IMG/VR virus record: IMGVR_UViG_3300029923_000009
Length of the DNA stretch: 64,000 nucleotides
Direction: 5' to 3' (one strand)
From: a virus
Lineage: Duplodnaviria; Heunggongvirae; Uroviricota; Caudoviricetes
The notes below the pieces were generated by a model. The model had not been told where the DNA came from. It ran no database searches and worked only from the letters and a program-made list of their open reading frames with translations. Positions 28,082 through 36,150 of the stretch are shown here, piece after piece (the first letter of the stretch is position 1; the number at the start of each line of letters is the position of its first letter). Position numbers and translations under genes: made by a program.

Positions 28082-28411
28082 ATGGAAACAACATTTAGTA
28101 CGATTAATTTTATTGAACCTACGGATGAGTTCAAAAAAGAATTTTTCGATGTTTTGAATATTAAGGAATTTTTTAATATGGACTTAATTGCTTATTCTTT
28201 TTATTATAAAGATGTTTTAAAAGATAATAACCTTAAATTAGATGAACTCGAAAGATCTTTTAATGGGTATGTAAAATTTTATAATTTACAGTATTCATTA
28301 TTAGAAATCTATGAAATGTTCAAAGATTGGACTGAAAATGATTTAACTAATTTCATGGCTTATTATAGACCAATTTTTTTAAAAAATAATAAAGATACAA
28401 ATGAACAATAA
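28082..28411 (+). CDS. hypothetical protein (109 aa)
   Basis: ATG ORF; -7 box 28044-28052. Confidence 0.5.
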   Translation: METTFSTINFIEPTDEFKKEFFDVLNIKEFFNMDLIAYSFYYKDVLKDNNLKLDELERSFNGYVKFYNLQYSLLEIYEMFKDWTENDLTNFMAYYRPIFLKNNKDTNEQ

Positions 28412-28733
28412 AGAATTTATATTATGTGCAGCTATTCATTATAAAAATGGTGCTGAAACAACCGTATATGGGGTTGAAGATGGTGTAATTGTTTGTGGGA
28501 GAAGACATGGAGATTGTTATGCTATTTTGAAAGGTATATTGAATATTGGTGATGATTATAATATTGATGATTTACCCGATAGAGATGAGCAGGGATTTTT
28601 AACATCTGAAAATAGGTTTGTTTCAAGACGTGAAGCGTGGTTTATAGCTAAAAAAAATAAACAAATTAGATTTGGGTTAGAAGCAACAGAGAATGGAGAA
28701 TTTAGTGAATTAATTTCCGAAAACTTATATTAA
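28401..28733 (+). CDS. hypothetical protein (110 aa)
   Basis: ATG ORF overlapping the upstream stop. Confidence 0.5.
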   Translation: MNNKEFILCAAIHYKNGAETTVYGVEDGVIVCGRRHGDCYAILKGILNIGDDYNIDDLPDRDEQGFLTSENRFVSRREAWFIAKKNKQIRFGLEATENGEFSELISENLY

Positions 28734-28747
28734 AATACTAATATTTT

Positions 28748-29026
28748 ATGAAAACAAATATTTTAGATAGAAGATTATCAGTCGAAGATCAAAGTGAAAT
28801 TTTAGAAACGTTGTTTTCTTTTAAATGTGTAAAAACGGATGAAAATGATGATAAACATGTTATTATCTACGATGAAGAGGGTTACGAATTTTATGGTAAT
28901 GATATTAACCTGAAATATGATTTAACAAATATTCGGGGAATTATATGGTATGCCAAAGACATATCAGCTTATAATGCTATTTGGGAACATAACACCAAAA
29001 TCAAAAATCTTTTAAATATAAGATAA
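28748..29026 (+). CDS. hypothetical protein (92 aa)
   Basis: ATG ORF. Confidence 0.5.
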   Translation: MKTNILDRRLSVEDQSEILETLFSFKCVKTDENDDKHVIIYDEEGYEFYGNDINLKYDLTNIRGIIWYAKDISAYNAIWEHNTKIKNLLNIR

Positions 29027-29027
29027 G

Positions 29028-29267
29028 ATGATGGAACAACAGAATATAATAAAAGGCAATAAAGTTAAATTTTACGATTGTTTTCAAGTTTCAATTGATA
29101 AAGATGCATCTGGAACTAATCCAAAACATTACCCTATTGGTATTGTCGATAAGGTTTATATCTATCACAGTATTTTTGGTTATTCTGATCAGGTTTGTGA
29201 CATTAAAATAGGTAATAGAATATCAAGAGCGCATTTCACTAATTGTGTTACCAAAATACCCAATTGA
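29028..29267 (+). CDS. hypothetical protein (79 aa)
   Basis: ATG ORF. Confidence 0.45.
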   Translation: MMEQQNIIKGNKVKFYDCFQVSIDKDASGTNPKHYPIGIVDKVYIYHSIFGYSDQVCDIKIGNRISRAHFTNCVTKIPN

Positions 29268-29269
29268 GT

Positions 29270-29503
29270 ATGCTGAAAAAGAAAAAACTCACAGTTAAAG
29301 AAAAACTGTTTAATGATATTGATAGTGTAATATCAATTAAACTTAGTTTAACGGGGCTTAAAGAGTTCGAAAACTATTTTAGAACCGAACTATTCACTGC
29401 AGGACCCGATCAATGGAATGAGCTTGAAATAGCTATTTGTGACTATAATATGAGAATACAAACTGAATTAGAAACCGAAATAAAAAAACTACTAATAAAA
29501 TGA
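29270..29503 (+). CDS. hypothetical protein (77 aa)
   Basis: Track start 29243 is TTG; ATG 29270. Confidence 0.45.
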   Translation: MLKKKKLTVKEKLFNDIDSVISIKLSLTGLKEFENYFRTELFTAGPDQWNELEIAICDYNMRIQTELETEIKKLLIK

Positions 29504-29793
29504 AAAATATAGAGAAAAAATATACAAAAGAAGAAATTCTTTTATTTAATGAAAATGATTGGGAGTTTGGTCGTAGTAGTGGCTATGCTGGTTATTATCG
29601 GAAAGGATCAGAATATTGTGATAAGGAATCTAATTGGATCTATGAACAAGATTATATGGATCGTAAAAATCTATTGGAAAAGTATTATGAAGATTATAAA
29701 CTACTTCACAATTTCAGACTTGAACAATTAGAATTTGGAAAATACCCCGACTACATCATTCAAGATTTTTTAAACAACAAATATTTTAAATAA
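29500..29793 (+). CDS. hypothetical protein (97 aa)
   Basis: ATGA overlap. Confidence 0.5.
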   Translation: MKNIEKKYTKEEILLFNENDWEFGRSSGYAGYYRKGSEYCDKESNWIYEQDYMDRKNLLEKYYEDYKLLHNFRLEQLEFGKYPDYIIQDFLNNKYFK

Positions 29794-29803
29794 ACAATAT
29801 TAT

Positions 29804-29959
29804 ATGGTATTATTCATTTTAATTTTAGGTTTAATTCTTAATATTTTGAGTGTTTATGTTGATATTAAGAAAAAATATTACTATGTTCTTATATTAAACG
29901 CAATTGCGGTTGTTTTAATATCTTTTGCTATTATTAATCACTTCTTTAAAATTATATAA
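29804..29959 (+). CDS. hypothetical small membrane protein (51 aa)
   Basis: ATG ORF absent from track; two hydrophobic segments. Confidence 0.35.
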   Translation: MVLFILILGLILNILSVYVDIKKKYYYVLILNAIAVVLISFAIINHFFKII

Positions 29960-29963
29960 ATAT

Positions 29964-30308
29964 ATGAAACTAAGCGAAATTCACAATGGTTTAGAAAACC
30001 AAAATATTAGAGAAATGTTATCAAAAAAAATAGGTGATTTGGTTTTTAATTTACCACAAAAAATACAGGTAGATAATAAACTATATATTCTTGATTGGTC
30101 AATTAAAAATGAAGAGGCTGAAATAGCCTATCATACGGAATTATTAAATAAAACAAAAGAAAAACAAGCCTGTAGATTACTAATTAAAATGATGGGTTGG
30201 GAGGAATATGATGTTTCGGATTACACACAATTGGATTTACCTAATTGGATTAACTTTATTGGAACTGAAAACGAATATCATAACCTTTTAAAACAATTAA
30301 ACGTATGA
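29964..30308 (+). CDS. hypothetical protein (114 aa)
   Basis: Track start 29925 is TTG; ATG 29964. Confidence 0.5.
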   Translation: MKLSEIHNGLENQNIREMLSKKIGDLVFNLPQKIQVDNKLYILDWSIKNEEAEIAYHTELLNKTKEKQACRLLIKMMGWEEYDVSDYTQLDLPNWINFIGTENEYHNLLKQLNV

Positions 30309-30592
30309 TATTAATGTATATTTTCGCTGGATTAGTATTATTGTGTGCCATAGCCTCTGGTGTTATGGTTGATAACGATAACAAAAATGGTAAATATAAT
30401 ACGGCTATGATAGTATTTGTGATTATGCTTCTTTTTTCGGTAATTGTTGGTGGAATAACATCAAAAACATCATATAAGGATGGCTTTGAAAAAGGATACC
30501 AAAAAGGTCAAGTTGACTACCAAAAAGGCAAAATAGAATATAAGGTGGAAATCAAACAAGTAACCGATACAATTATATCAAAAGCTAATTAA
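30305..30592 (+). CDS. small membrane protein (95 aa)
   Basis: ATGA overlap; two TM helices. Confidence 0.5.
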   Translation: MILMYIFAGLVLLCAIASGVMVDNDNKNGKYNTAMIVFVIMLLFSVIVGGITSKTSYKDGFEKGYQKGQVDYQKGKIEYKVEIKQVTDTIISKAN

Positions 30593-30595
30593 TAA

Positions 30596-30609
30596 TACTC
30601 AAATGAGTA
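30596..30609. repeat. TACTCA-NN-TGAGTA palindrome (copy 5)
   Basis: TACTCAAATGAGTA; 18-27 nt before ATG 30627/30636. Confidence 0.6.
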
Positions 30610-30626
30610 CCTAAAATAAACTAAAA

Positions 30627-31109
30627 ATGTTGATCATGGGAAAATATAGAATAAAAATAGACTATAGTACTGGAGATAGTTTTAGTAACAGTTATGAATC
30701 TGACCTTATCGACCTTGAATGGGATGATATTGAAGTAGCTAAAAAAAATTTGGGTAGAATTAAAGAGCATTACGAAATGTATCAAAGACTAAATAGCTAT
30801 TTTAATAATATAAGTCAATTCGATATAGTAAATGAATATAAAAATAAAGATTGGTTTGTTTCTGGGGAAAATAAGTTATTAAATATAAAAAATAACTGTA
30901 TCATTACTAAAGAGGAAGCTGATAGAATTGGGGTGGACAACTTTAAGGTTGTAATAGATGTTGATATGGCCTCAAGATGTATAATATTTATTACAGATAA
31001 TAAAACACCTATGCAGATAGGGTGCTTTTGGTGTGGATGTTTTGAACATCTTGATGGTGCCGAAATTATAATTGATCAAGATGATGATATTAAATTCATA
31101 GTAAATTAA
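30627..31109 (+). CDS. hypothetical protein (160 aa)
   Basis: ATG ORF; TACTCA-AA-TGAGTA palindrome upstream. Confidence 0.55.
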   Translation: MLIMGKYRIKIDYSTGDSFSNSYESDLIDLEWDDIEVAKKNLGRIKEHYEMYQRLNSYFNNISQFDIVNEYKNKDWFVSGENKLLNIKNNCIITKEEADRIGVDNFKVVIDVDMASRCIIFITDNKTPMQIGCFWCGCFEHLDGAEIIIDQDDDIKFIVN

Positions 31110-31117
31110 ATAATATT

Positions 31118-31163
31118 TTAACAAATTTCATTTTACTAGTCCAATTAAATAAATTATCTTTGT
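31118..31163 (+). promoter_or_regulatory. early-class promoter (DUF262 operon)
   Basis: TTAACAAATTTCATTTTAC ... TATCTTTGT. Confidence 0.55.
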
Positions 31164-31194
31164 ATTATAAAATAAATTTAAATTAAAATATATT

Positions 31195-31638
31195 ATGACA
31201 AAAGAATTAGAATTAAAGAAAATAATCCGTAATGAAAAATTTTTACGTGAAAGAATTTCTATCGCTCTTGAAAAGGAGTTACAACTACAAAAAAATTCTG
31301 GTAAAAAATTTATTACAACTGAAGATGTTGATTCACTAATTAAACAAATTATAAAAGAAGAAAGTAATAAAACATTTACTTCTTGCAAGGCAAAACCAAT
31401 GAAAATTGAAGAACAGGTTGTGGAACATTTTACCCCAAATGATGAAAGTATTGGGTTTCTAACAGCAAACGAATTTTTATATTTAAGAATTCAAATTAGA
31501 AATGAATATGAGTCTGGTTGGTATCTAATGTTTGAAGGAGAAAGAATAATGATTAAGCCTAATGGCGATATCGAAAAATGGCCGAACAATTTATATAACA
31601 CAGCGACGGATCTTTTGAATGAACTTTTTGGAATTTAA
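31195..31638 (+). CDS. hypothetical protein (147 aa)
   Basis: First gene of a 3-gene unit; early promoter 31118-31163. Confidence 0.55.
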   Translation: MTKELELKKIIRNEKFLRERISIALEKELQLQKNSGKKFITTEDVDSLIKQIIKEESNKTFTSCKAKPMKIEEQVVEHFTPNDESIGFLTANEFLYLRIQIRNEYESGWYLMFEGERIMIKPNGDIEKWPNNLYNTATDLLNELFGI

Positions 31639-31652
31639 ATATAGTAAATATT

Positions 31653-32501
31653 ATGGGAAAAATTAACAGAACACAACTTGAAATTGAAAAACTACTTTTA
31701 GAACCTTTTAAAGTTGGTGAGGTAGTTAGTGTAGACGAACGTTTGGTAGGTAATAGAGGATCTTCCAAAACATCTGCTAAAATTATTGAGATTGATGGTG
31801 ATGAAGTTGTTTTGGAAGCGTTCGGTGGTTATAAAGATAAAAAAACGTATAAAGTTCACATATCCAACTTAGGAAAAAGTATTTATTACGTTGGTTATTC
31901 CCCGATGGTAAGACCATCATATCGCTTAGAAACCATTAATTTCTCACTTGAATCAATTGTTTTTGATTGTGGTTTTGATAGACGTGAAAGAAAATTTAAA
32001 CCAGATGAAAATATTGGTGAAATTACTGTACCAGAATTGAATTGGAACCCATATGTAATTCAATCTGATGGTTCAAAATTTTATTATCAACGAGAGTTTG
32101 TTTGGACATTGGAGGATAAACAATCATTTATTGATTCAATTTATAACAACATATCTTTAGGTAAGGTTATTTTAAGGGAACGTGGTTTTGAATGGAATAG
32201 ACAACAGGCATTACTTGGAAATACGGTGTTTGGTTATAAAGATATTGTTGATGGAAAACAACGTTTGAACTGCATTCTATCGTTTTTACAGGATGAATTT
32301 CCAGATTCAAAAGGATTTTATTATTCTGAATTTTCAAAAGCATCCCAAAACCAATTTTTAAATCACCAATTGCTTGGCTATGCAAAATTAGATGAAAACG
32401 CATCTGATAAAGATGTTATCGATTGTTTCCTTAGAACAAACTTTTCAGGAGTACAAATGAGTAAAGAGCACTTAGAGTATATTAAGACTATTAAATTATA
32501 A
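31653..32501 (+). CDS. protein with DUF262 (ParB/Srx-like, DGQQR-motif) domain (282 aa)
   Basis: Residues ~145-282: FYYQREFVWTLEDKQSFIDSIYNNISLGKVIL ... IVDGKQRLNCI match the DUF262 N-terminal domain of GmrSD-type proteins (QR..VW...Q...LIDSI / DGQQR); a 140-aa N-terminal extension is unassigned. Confidence 0.6.
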   Translation: MGKINRTQLEIEKLLLEPFKVGEVVSVDERLVGNRGSSKTSAKIIEIDGDEVVLEAFGGYKDKKTYKVHISNLGKSIYYVGYSPMVRPSYRLETINFSLESIVFDCGFDRRERKFKPDENIGEITVPELNWNPYVIQSDGSKFYYQREFVWTLEDKQSFIDSIYNNISLGKVILRERGFEWNRQQALLGNTVFGYKDIVDGKQRLNCILSFLQDEFPDSKGFYYSEFSKASQNQFLNHQLLGYAKLDENASDKDVIDCFLRTNFSGVQMSKEHLEYIKTIKL

Positions 32502-32505
32502 TATC

Positions 32506-33042
32506 ATGGAAAAATATAAATTACTTGAAAAGGCCTATGAAATTGACCTAAGTAAAATTGATGAACGTTATGTGTATGAACGAGAAATTGCATATGCAGA
32601 TAGCGTTGGTAAAGCTAAAACAAAATTATTAAGTACGGCAAATTATAATGGAATGCAACTTTATATCGGCGATGATCTAACATATATTAATATACCTGTT
32701 ATTAGAGCTAAGGATCATGATAAATTCGAATTTGAGGGTAAGGGAGAAACCATGTATTCAATAAATGAAATACTTCATGATCGAGAGCGAATAACGAAAT
32801 TAGACGAACTACTTAATAATGAAAATATAAAATTCTGTTACATTAAGAAAGGTAGCTACTATAAACCAGGATCATGTGGATATACGGATTTTAAACACAG
32901 GGCGGGGGTATTTACAAAAGAAGATGCTGTTCAAAGTGCTAAATCATGTGATGACCTTTGGATTATCCCAGTTATCATTGAAGAGCATAACGAGATGATA
33001 AATAAAGAGATTGAAGAACTACAAACGAGGTTATTGAATTAG
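32506..33042 (+). CDS. hypothetical protein (178 aa)
   Basis: ATG ORF 5 nt after the DUF262 gene; followed by terminator 33055-33090. Confidence 0.55.
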   Translation: MEKYKLLEKAYEIDLSKIDERYVYEREIAYADSVGKAKTKLLSTANYNGMQLYIGDDLTYINIPVIRAKDHDKFEFEGKGETMYSINEILHDRERITKLDELLNNENIKFCYIKKGSYYKPGSCGYTDFKHRAGVFTKEDAVQSAKSCDDLWIIPVIIEEHNEMINKEIEELQTRLLN

Positions 33043-33054
33043 ATTAATATAAGT

Positions 33055-33090
33055 TAAAGGATTTGCGAAAGTAAGTCCTTTTCTTTACTT
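33055..33090 (+). terminator. rho-independent terminator
   Basis: AAAGGATTTGCGAAAGTAAGTCCTTTTCTTT; same GCGAAAG loop architecture as 2964. Confidence 0.5.
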
Positions 33091-33094
33091 TTGT
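33086..33094 (+). promoter_or_regulatory. -7 box TACTTTTGT
   Basis: After terminator 33055-33090. Confidence 0.4.
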
Positions 33095-33137
33095 ATCATA
33101 ATAATTTTAATTAAAAACATCTAATAAACCAATAGTT

Positions 33138-33392
33138 ATGAAATACAACAAAACATCATTGAATAATGCTATTATAACAATGGCTGAAAATTTCAAACAA
33201 AAAGACAGTTTCGAAGCTCTAATTAAAGCATATCAAGGAACACCAAGAATTGTAGAAATGATAGTTTACCAAATATTCTTAAATAAATTTGATTCAAGGT
33301 CATGTTCTGACGAATTATATGATGCATTTGATATAATATTGAATTATGCAAGAGAATTAGAAAAAAATGGGTTTGTTGAATTTAAAGATTAA
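33138..33392 (+). CDS. hypothetical protein (84 aa)
   Basis: ATG ORF. Confidence 0.5.
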   Translation: MKYNKTSLNNAIITMAENFKQKDSFEALIKAYQGTPRIVEMIVYQIFLNKFDSRSCSDELYDAFDIILNYARELEKNGFVEFKD

Positions 33393-33398
33393 ATAAAT

Positions 33399-33995
33399 AT
33401 GATTGAAGCAAATATTACAAGCTATATTGGACAGGATAACGATGCAGTGCATTATTATTGCCACTATGATGAGGAAAATTATGAGATTCCAAAAAAATAT
33501 GGATCGGTTGGTTATGGGTGTGATGAACTATTTAGAACGATTACAGATACTATTGAAGTAATACGTTTGAATAATAAAGATAGGGCACATGGAATACGTT
33601 TAGGTGGGAAAACAAATAGATTCAATACGTTCGAAGAAATCCATAATGAATTATTAAAAAAGTTCCCTAATGAAAATATAGTTACATATCAAGATAATCA
33701 ACCATTTAGGGAAATGTTATGTTTTATTGATGGGCATGATCTTGGTTATAAGGGATTGGGTGAATTGTGGTTAAATGTTCCTCACACTTGTTGGAGAGAT
33801 TTATTACCAAACGAAGGTGAAATAATAGTTAAATGTGAACATTGTGGAACTGTTCACACATTTGAAGAAATAGTTATGGATGAATATTATCATGAAATAG
33901 AAAAAAGAACGTTAATTAAATTCGCCACTCGTGGTTATGAGATGAATGATAGATGTTGTAAATTTCCTGATTTAGTTTGGAACGTAATACTATAA
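33399..33995 (+). CDS. Cys/His-rich hypothetical protein (198 aa)
   Basis: CHYDE, CEHCGTVH, CCKFPD and multiple His; putative metal-binding. Confidence 0.55.
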   Translation: MIEANITSYIGQDNDAVHYYCHYDEENYEIPKKYGSVGYGCDELFRTITDTIEVIRLNNKDRAHGIRLGGKTNRFNTFEEIHNELLKKFPNENIVTYQDNQPFREMLCFIDGHDLGYKGLGELWLNVPHTCWRDLLPNEGEIIVKCEHCGTVHTFEEIVMDEYYHEIEKRTLIKFATRGYEMNDRCCKFPDLVWNVIL

Positions 33996-34004
33996 TATCC
34001 TATA

Positions 34005-34334
34005 ATGAGCCAAGAAGAATATGAAAAATTATTAGATCACTCAACTACTTACCGTACAAGTGAAAGGTGCTTTGAAATTCAGGGTGGTATTGATTGTTTT
34101 TTAATTAATTTTGTTAGATCAATTATAAATAGAAATTTTACTTCAAGCGATCAAAACCGTTATCGTGTGAATGTTTTTAAATCACCCGATGTTTTAGATA
34201 AACGAAATGCATCACCATATTACGAAAAAGGTGAATATGTGGGTTATAAATGGTTTTCGGAATTTTTAAATGTTTCATCGAACATGTGTTTATATGTTGA
34301 AATACACAAGGATTTAATTAAAAAAGTTTTATAA
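34005..34334 (+). CDS. hypothetical protein (109 aa)
   Basis: ATG ORF. Confidence 0.5.
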   Translation: MSQEEYEKLLDHSTTYRTSERCFEIQGGIDCFLINFVRSIINRNFTSSDQNRYRVNVFKSPDVLDKRNASPYYEKGEYVGYKWFSEFLNVSSNMCLYVEIHKDLIKKVL

Positions 34335-34337
34335 GCT

Positions 34338-34442
34338 ATGAAAAACAACGAACATTTTTTAGGTGAAGAAATATGGTTAACTTGGGTAGGTAATTGTGTT
34401 TCAAATATTCAGGAAAACCATTTAAAAGTGGTTCAAAAATAG
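34338..34442 (+). CDS. hypothetical small ORF (34 aa)
   Basis: ATG ORF filling an otherwise gene-free gap. Confidence 0.25.
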   Translation: MKNNEHFLGEEIWLTWVGNCVSNIQENHLKVVQK

Positions 34443-34456
34443 AAAAAGTTGTTAAT

Positions 34457-34558
34457 ATGATGATTAACCCATTATCTAATAAAATCGCTTTTAAAATGGA
34501 AGATGGTACATTTGTTGACTGTTTTCGTTGTTACATAACTAATTATAAAAAAAAATAA
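34457..34558 (+). CDS. hypothetical small ORF (33 aa)
   Basis: ATG ORF filling the gap. Confidence 0.25.
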   Translation: MMINPLSNKIAFKMEDGTFVDCFRCYITNYKKK

Positions 34559-34565
34559 ATATATT

Positions 34566-34754
34566 ATGAGACACCATTTAAATATTATTGCTTCGAATTA
34601 TAAATTTGATAAAGAAAAATTTACAGAATTCGCATTGAAACCACAGAATTATAATAAATATGGAATTATTAATGAAAATGGGTTTGTCACTACCAGTACG
34701 TTTTTTACCGATGCGTTAGTATTTGCGTTTAAAAAAGAATATGAACTGAAATAA
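34566..34754 (+). CDS. hypothetical protein (62 aa)
   Basis: ATG ORF. Confidence 0.45.
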   Translation: MRHHLNIIASNYKFDKEKFTEFALKPQNYNKYGIINENGFVTTSTFFTDALVFAFKKEYELK

Positions 34755-34774
34755 ATAAATAATAAAAACAAGTT

Positions 34775-35041
34775 ATGGACTACATACATAAAACTTCAAC
34801 CATCGGTTTCTTGGGAAGCTCTTACAATTCTAAATGCAAAGGTATTCTTGAAGATGGGGCTATTGAAATTGAACAACCTAAAGAATGGTGTAAAAATCTT
34901 GTATGCGTTGTTGATAATGGAGAATTTGGTGCTTCGGCATTTGTTCGTGATGAATCTGATTTTGGAAGATGTACAAATCCAAACGACATTAGACCAACAA
35001 GATGGTTTATCTGGAATAAAGTAGAATCATATATTGACTAA
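34775..35041 (+). CDS. hypothetical protein (88 aa)
   Basis: ATG ORF. Confidence 0.5.
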   Translation: MDYIHKTSTIGFLGSSYNSKCKGILEDGAIEIEQPKEWCKNLVCVVDNGEFGASAFVRDESDFGRCTNPNDIRPTRWFIWNKVESYID

Positions 35042-35059
35042 AATAACAATTAAAATATT

Positions 35060-35356
35060 ATGAAAGATAATAAAATATTAGAATTAATAGACAGTTATTG
35101 GAAATTTGATGATGATCAATACCCAGCCTCATCGTATCACGATAAACAAGATTTATTGTTAGCAATTGAAGATGAACTATATGCTCAATTAGCAGCTGTT
35201 CGTAATAAAATGAGTCCAATCAAAAATTTAATTGCTTTGGTGGAAAATTTTAATGTTAACTTAATAGCGGAAGAAACAAACGTAAGTAAACTTTTCAAAG
35301 TTGAAATAGTTAAATCGAAAAATGTAATTAAACAAATTTGTCAAACAGAAGATTAA
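35060..35356 (+). CDS. hypothetical protein (98 aa)
   Basis: ATG ORF. Confidence 0.5.
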   Translation: MKDNKILELIDSYWKFDDDQYPASSYHDKQDLLLAIEDELYAQLAAVRNKMSPIKNLIALVENFNVNLIAEETNVSKLFKVEIVKSKNVIKQICQTED

Positions 35357-35373
35357 ATTAAATAAGATATATT

Positions 35374-35649
35374 ATGGGAATGGATGAAAAATTAGCATAT
35401 GACTGTAATGATTATATTAAACGGGCAGTTAGATCGACAATATCGACAATGGTACAACCAAAAATTATAAGCACAAAAAAAGATTTACTTCTTAAAAAGA
35501 AAAAATATCTTGAGTATATGCTCGAATACTATACTAAGGAACGTGACAAAAAAGATGTAAGTAGTCTTATCACATTACCATTTACACTTGCCGTAAACAC
35601 GACAAAAGATTCACTTGATTTGGTTGATATAATGTTAATAGATTTATAA
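35374..35649 (+). CDS. hypothetical protein (91 aa)
   Basis: ATG ORF. Confidence 0.5.
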   Translation: MGMDEKLAYDCNDYIKRAVRSTISTMVQPKIISTKKDLLLKKKKYLEYMLEYYTKERDKKDVSSLITLPFTLAVNTTKDSLDLVDIMLIDL

Positions 35650-35707
35650 ATAAAAATAACAACACACATTGGAAAATAAAGAATTACTTAGTGAGATTTT
35701 GGATTCA

Positions 35708-35902
35708 ATGAAAGAATTTAAAATAATTGCTTATGGTGAGGATGAACATATTGCAAATAAAATCATGGCTGTAATTAAATCATCATTACTCACTAAAATA
35801 AATACGCTTATAGTTAGTAGTACCGATATTTGTGATTATGATGCTGGATATATTATGGCACTAGAGGGTGTTTCAAACCTCATTGATGACGAATTATCTT
35901 AA
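35708..35902 (+). CDS. hypothetical protein (64 aa)
   Basis: Track start 35669 is TTG; first ATG 35708; the start is uncertain. Confidence 0.4.
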   Translation: MKEFKIIAYGEDEHIANKIMAVIKSSLLTKINTLIVSSTDICDYDAGYIMALEGVSNLIDDELS

Positions 35903-36150
35903 AAAAGCTTAATTAATTTGTATATTTGAATTATTTATTATATTTTTACAGTCCAATTAATAGATAACCAACACAAAATTGTCTTTATTCCAAAATAATA
36001 CATAAACAATATAAAAATAACCCCTTAAATTTGTTTTAATCAATGAAATACCTTACATTTGCAAACTGTTTTTTTTAATAACAATCGGTAGGTGATTACA
36101 ACCATTAAAAACAAAATGGATTTTTCGCCTATCAAAAAATTTAACTTGAT

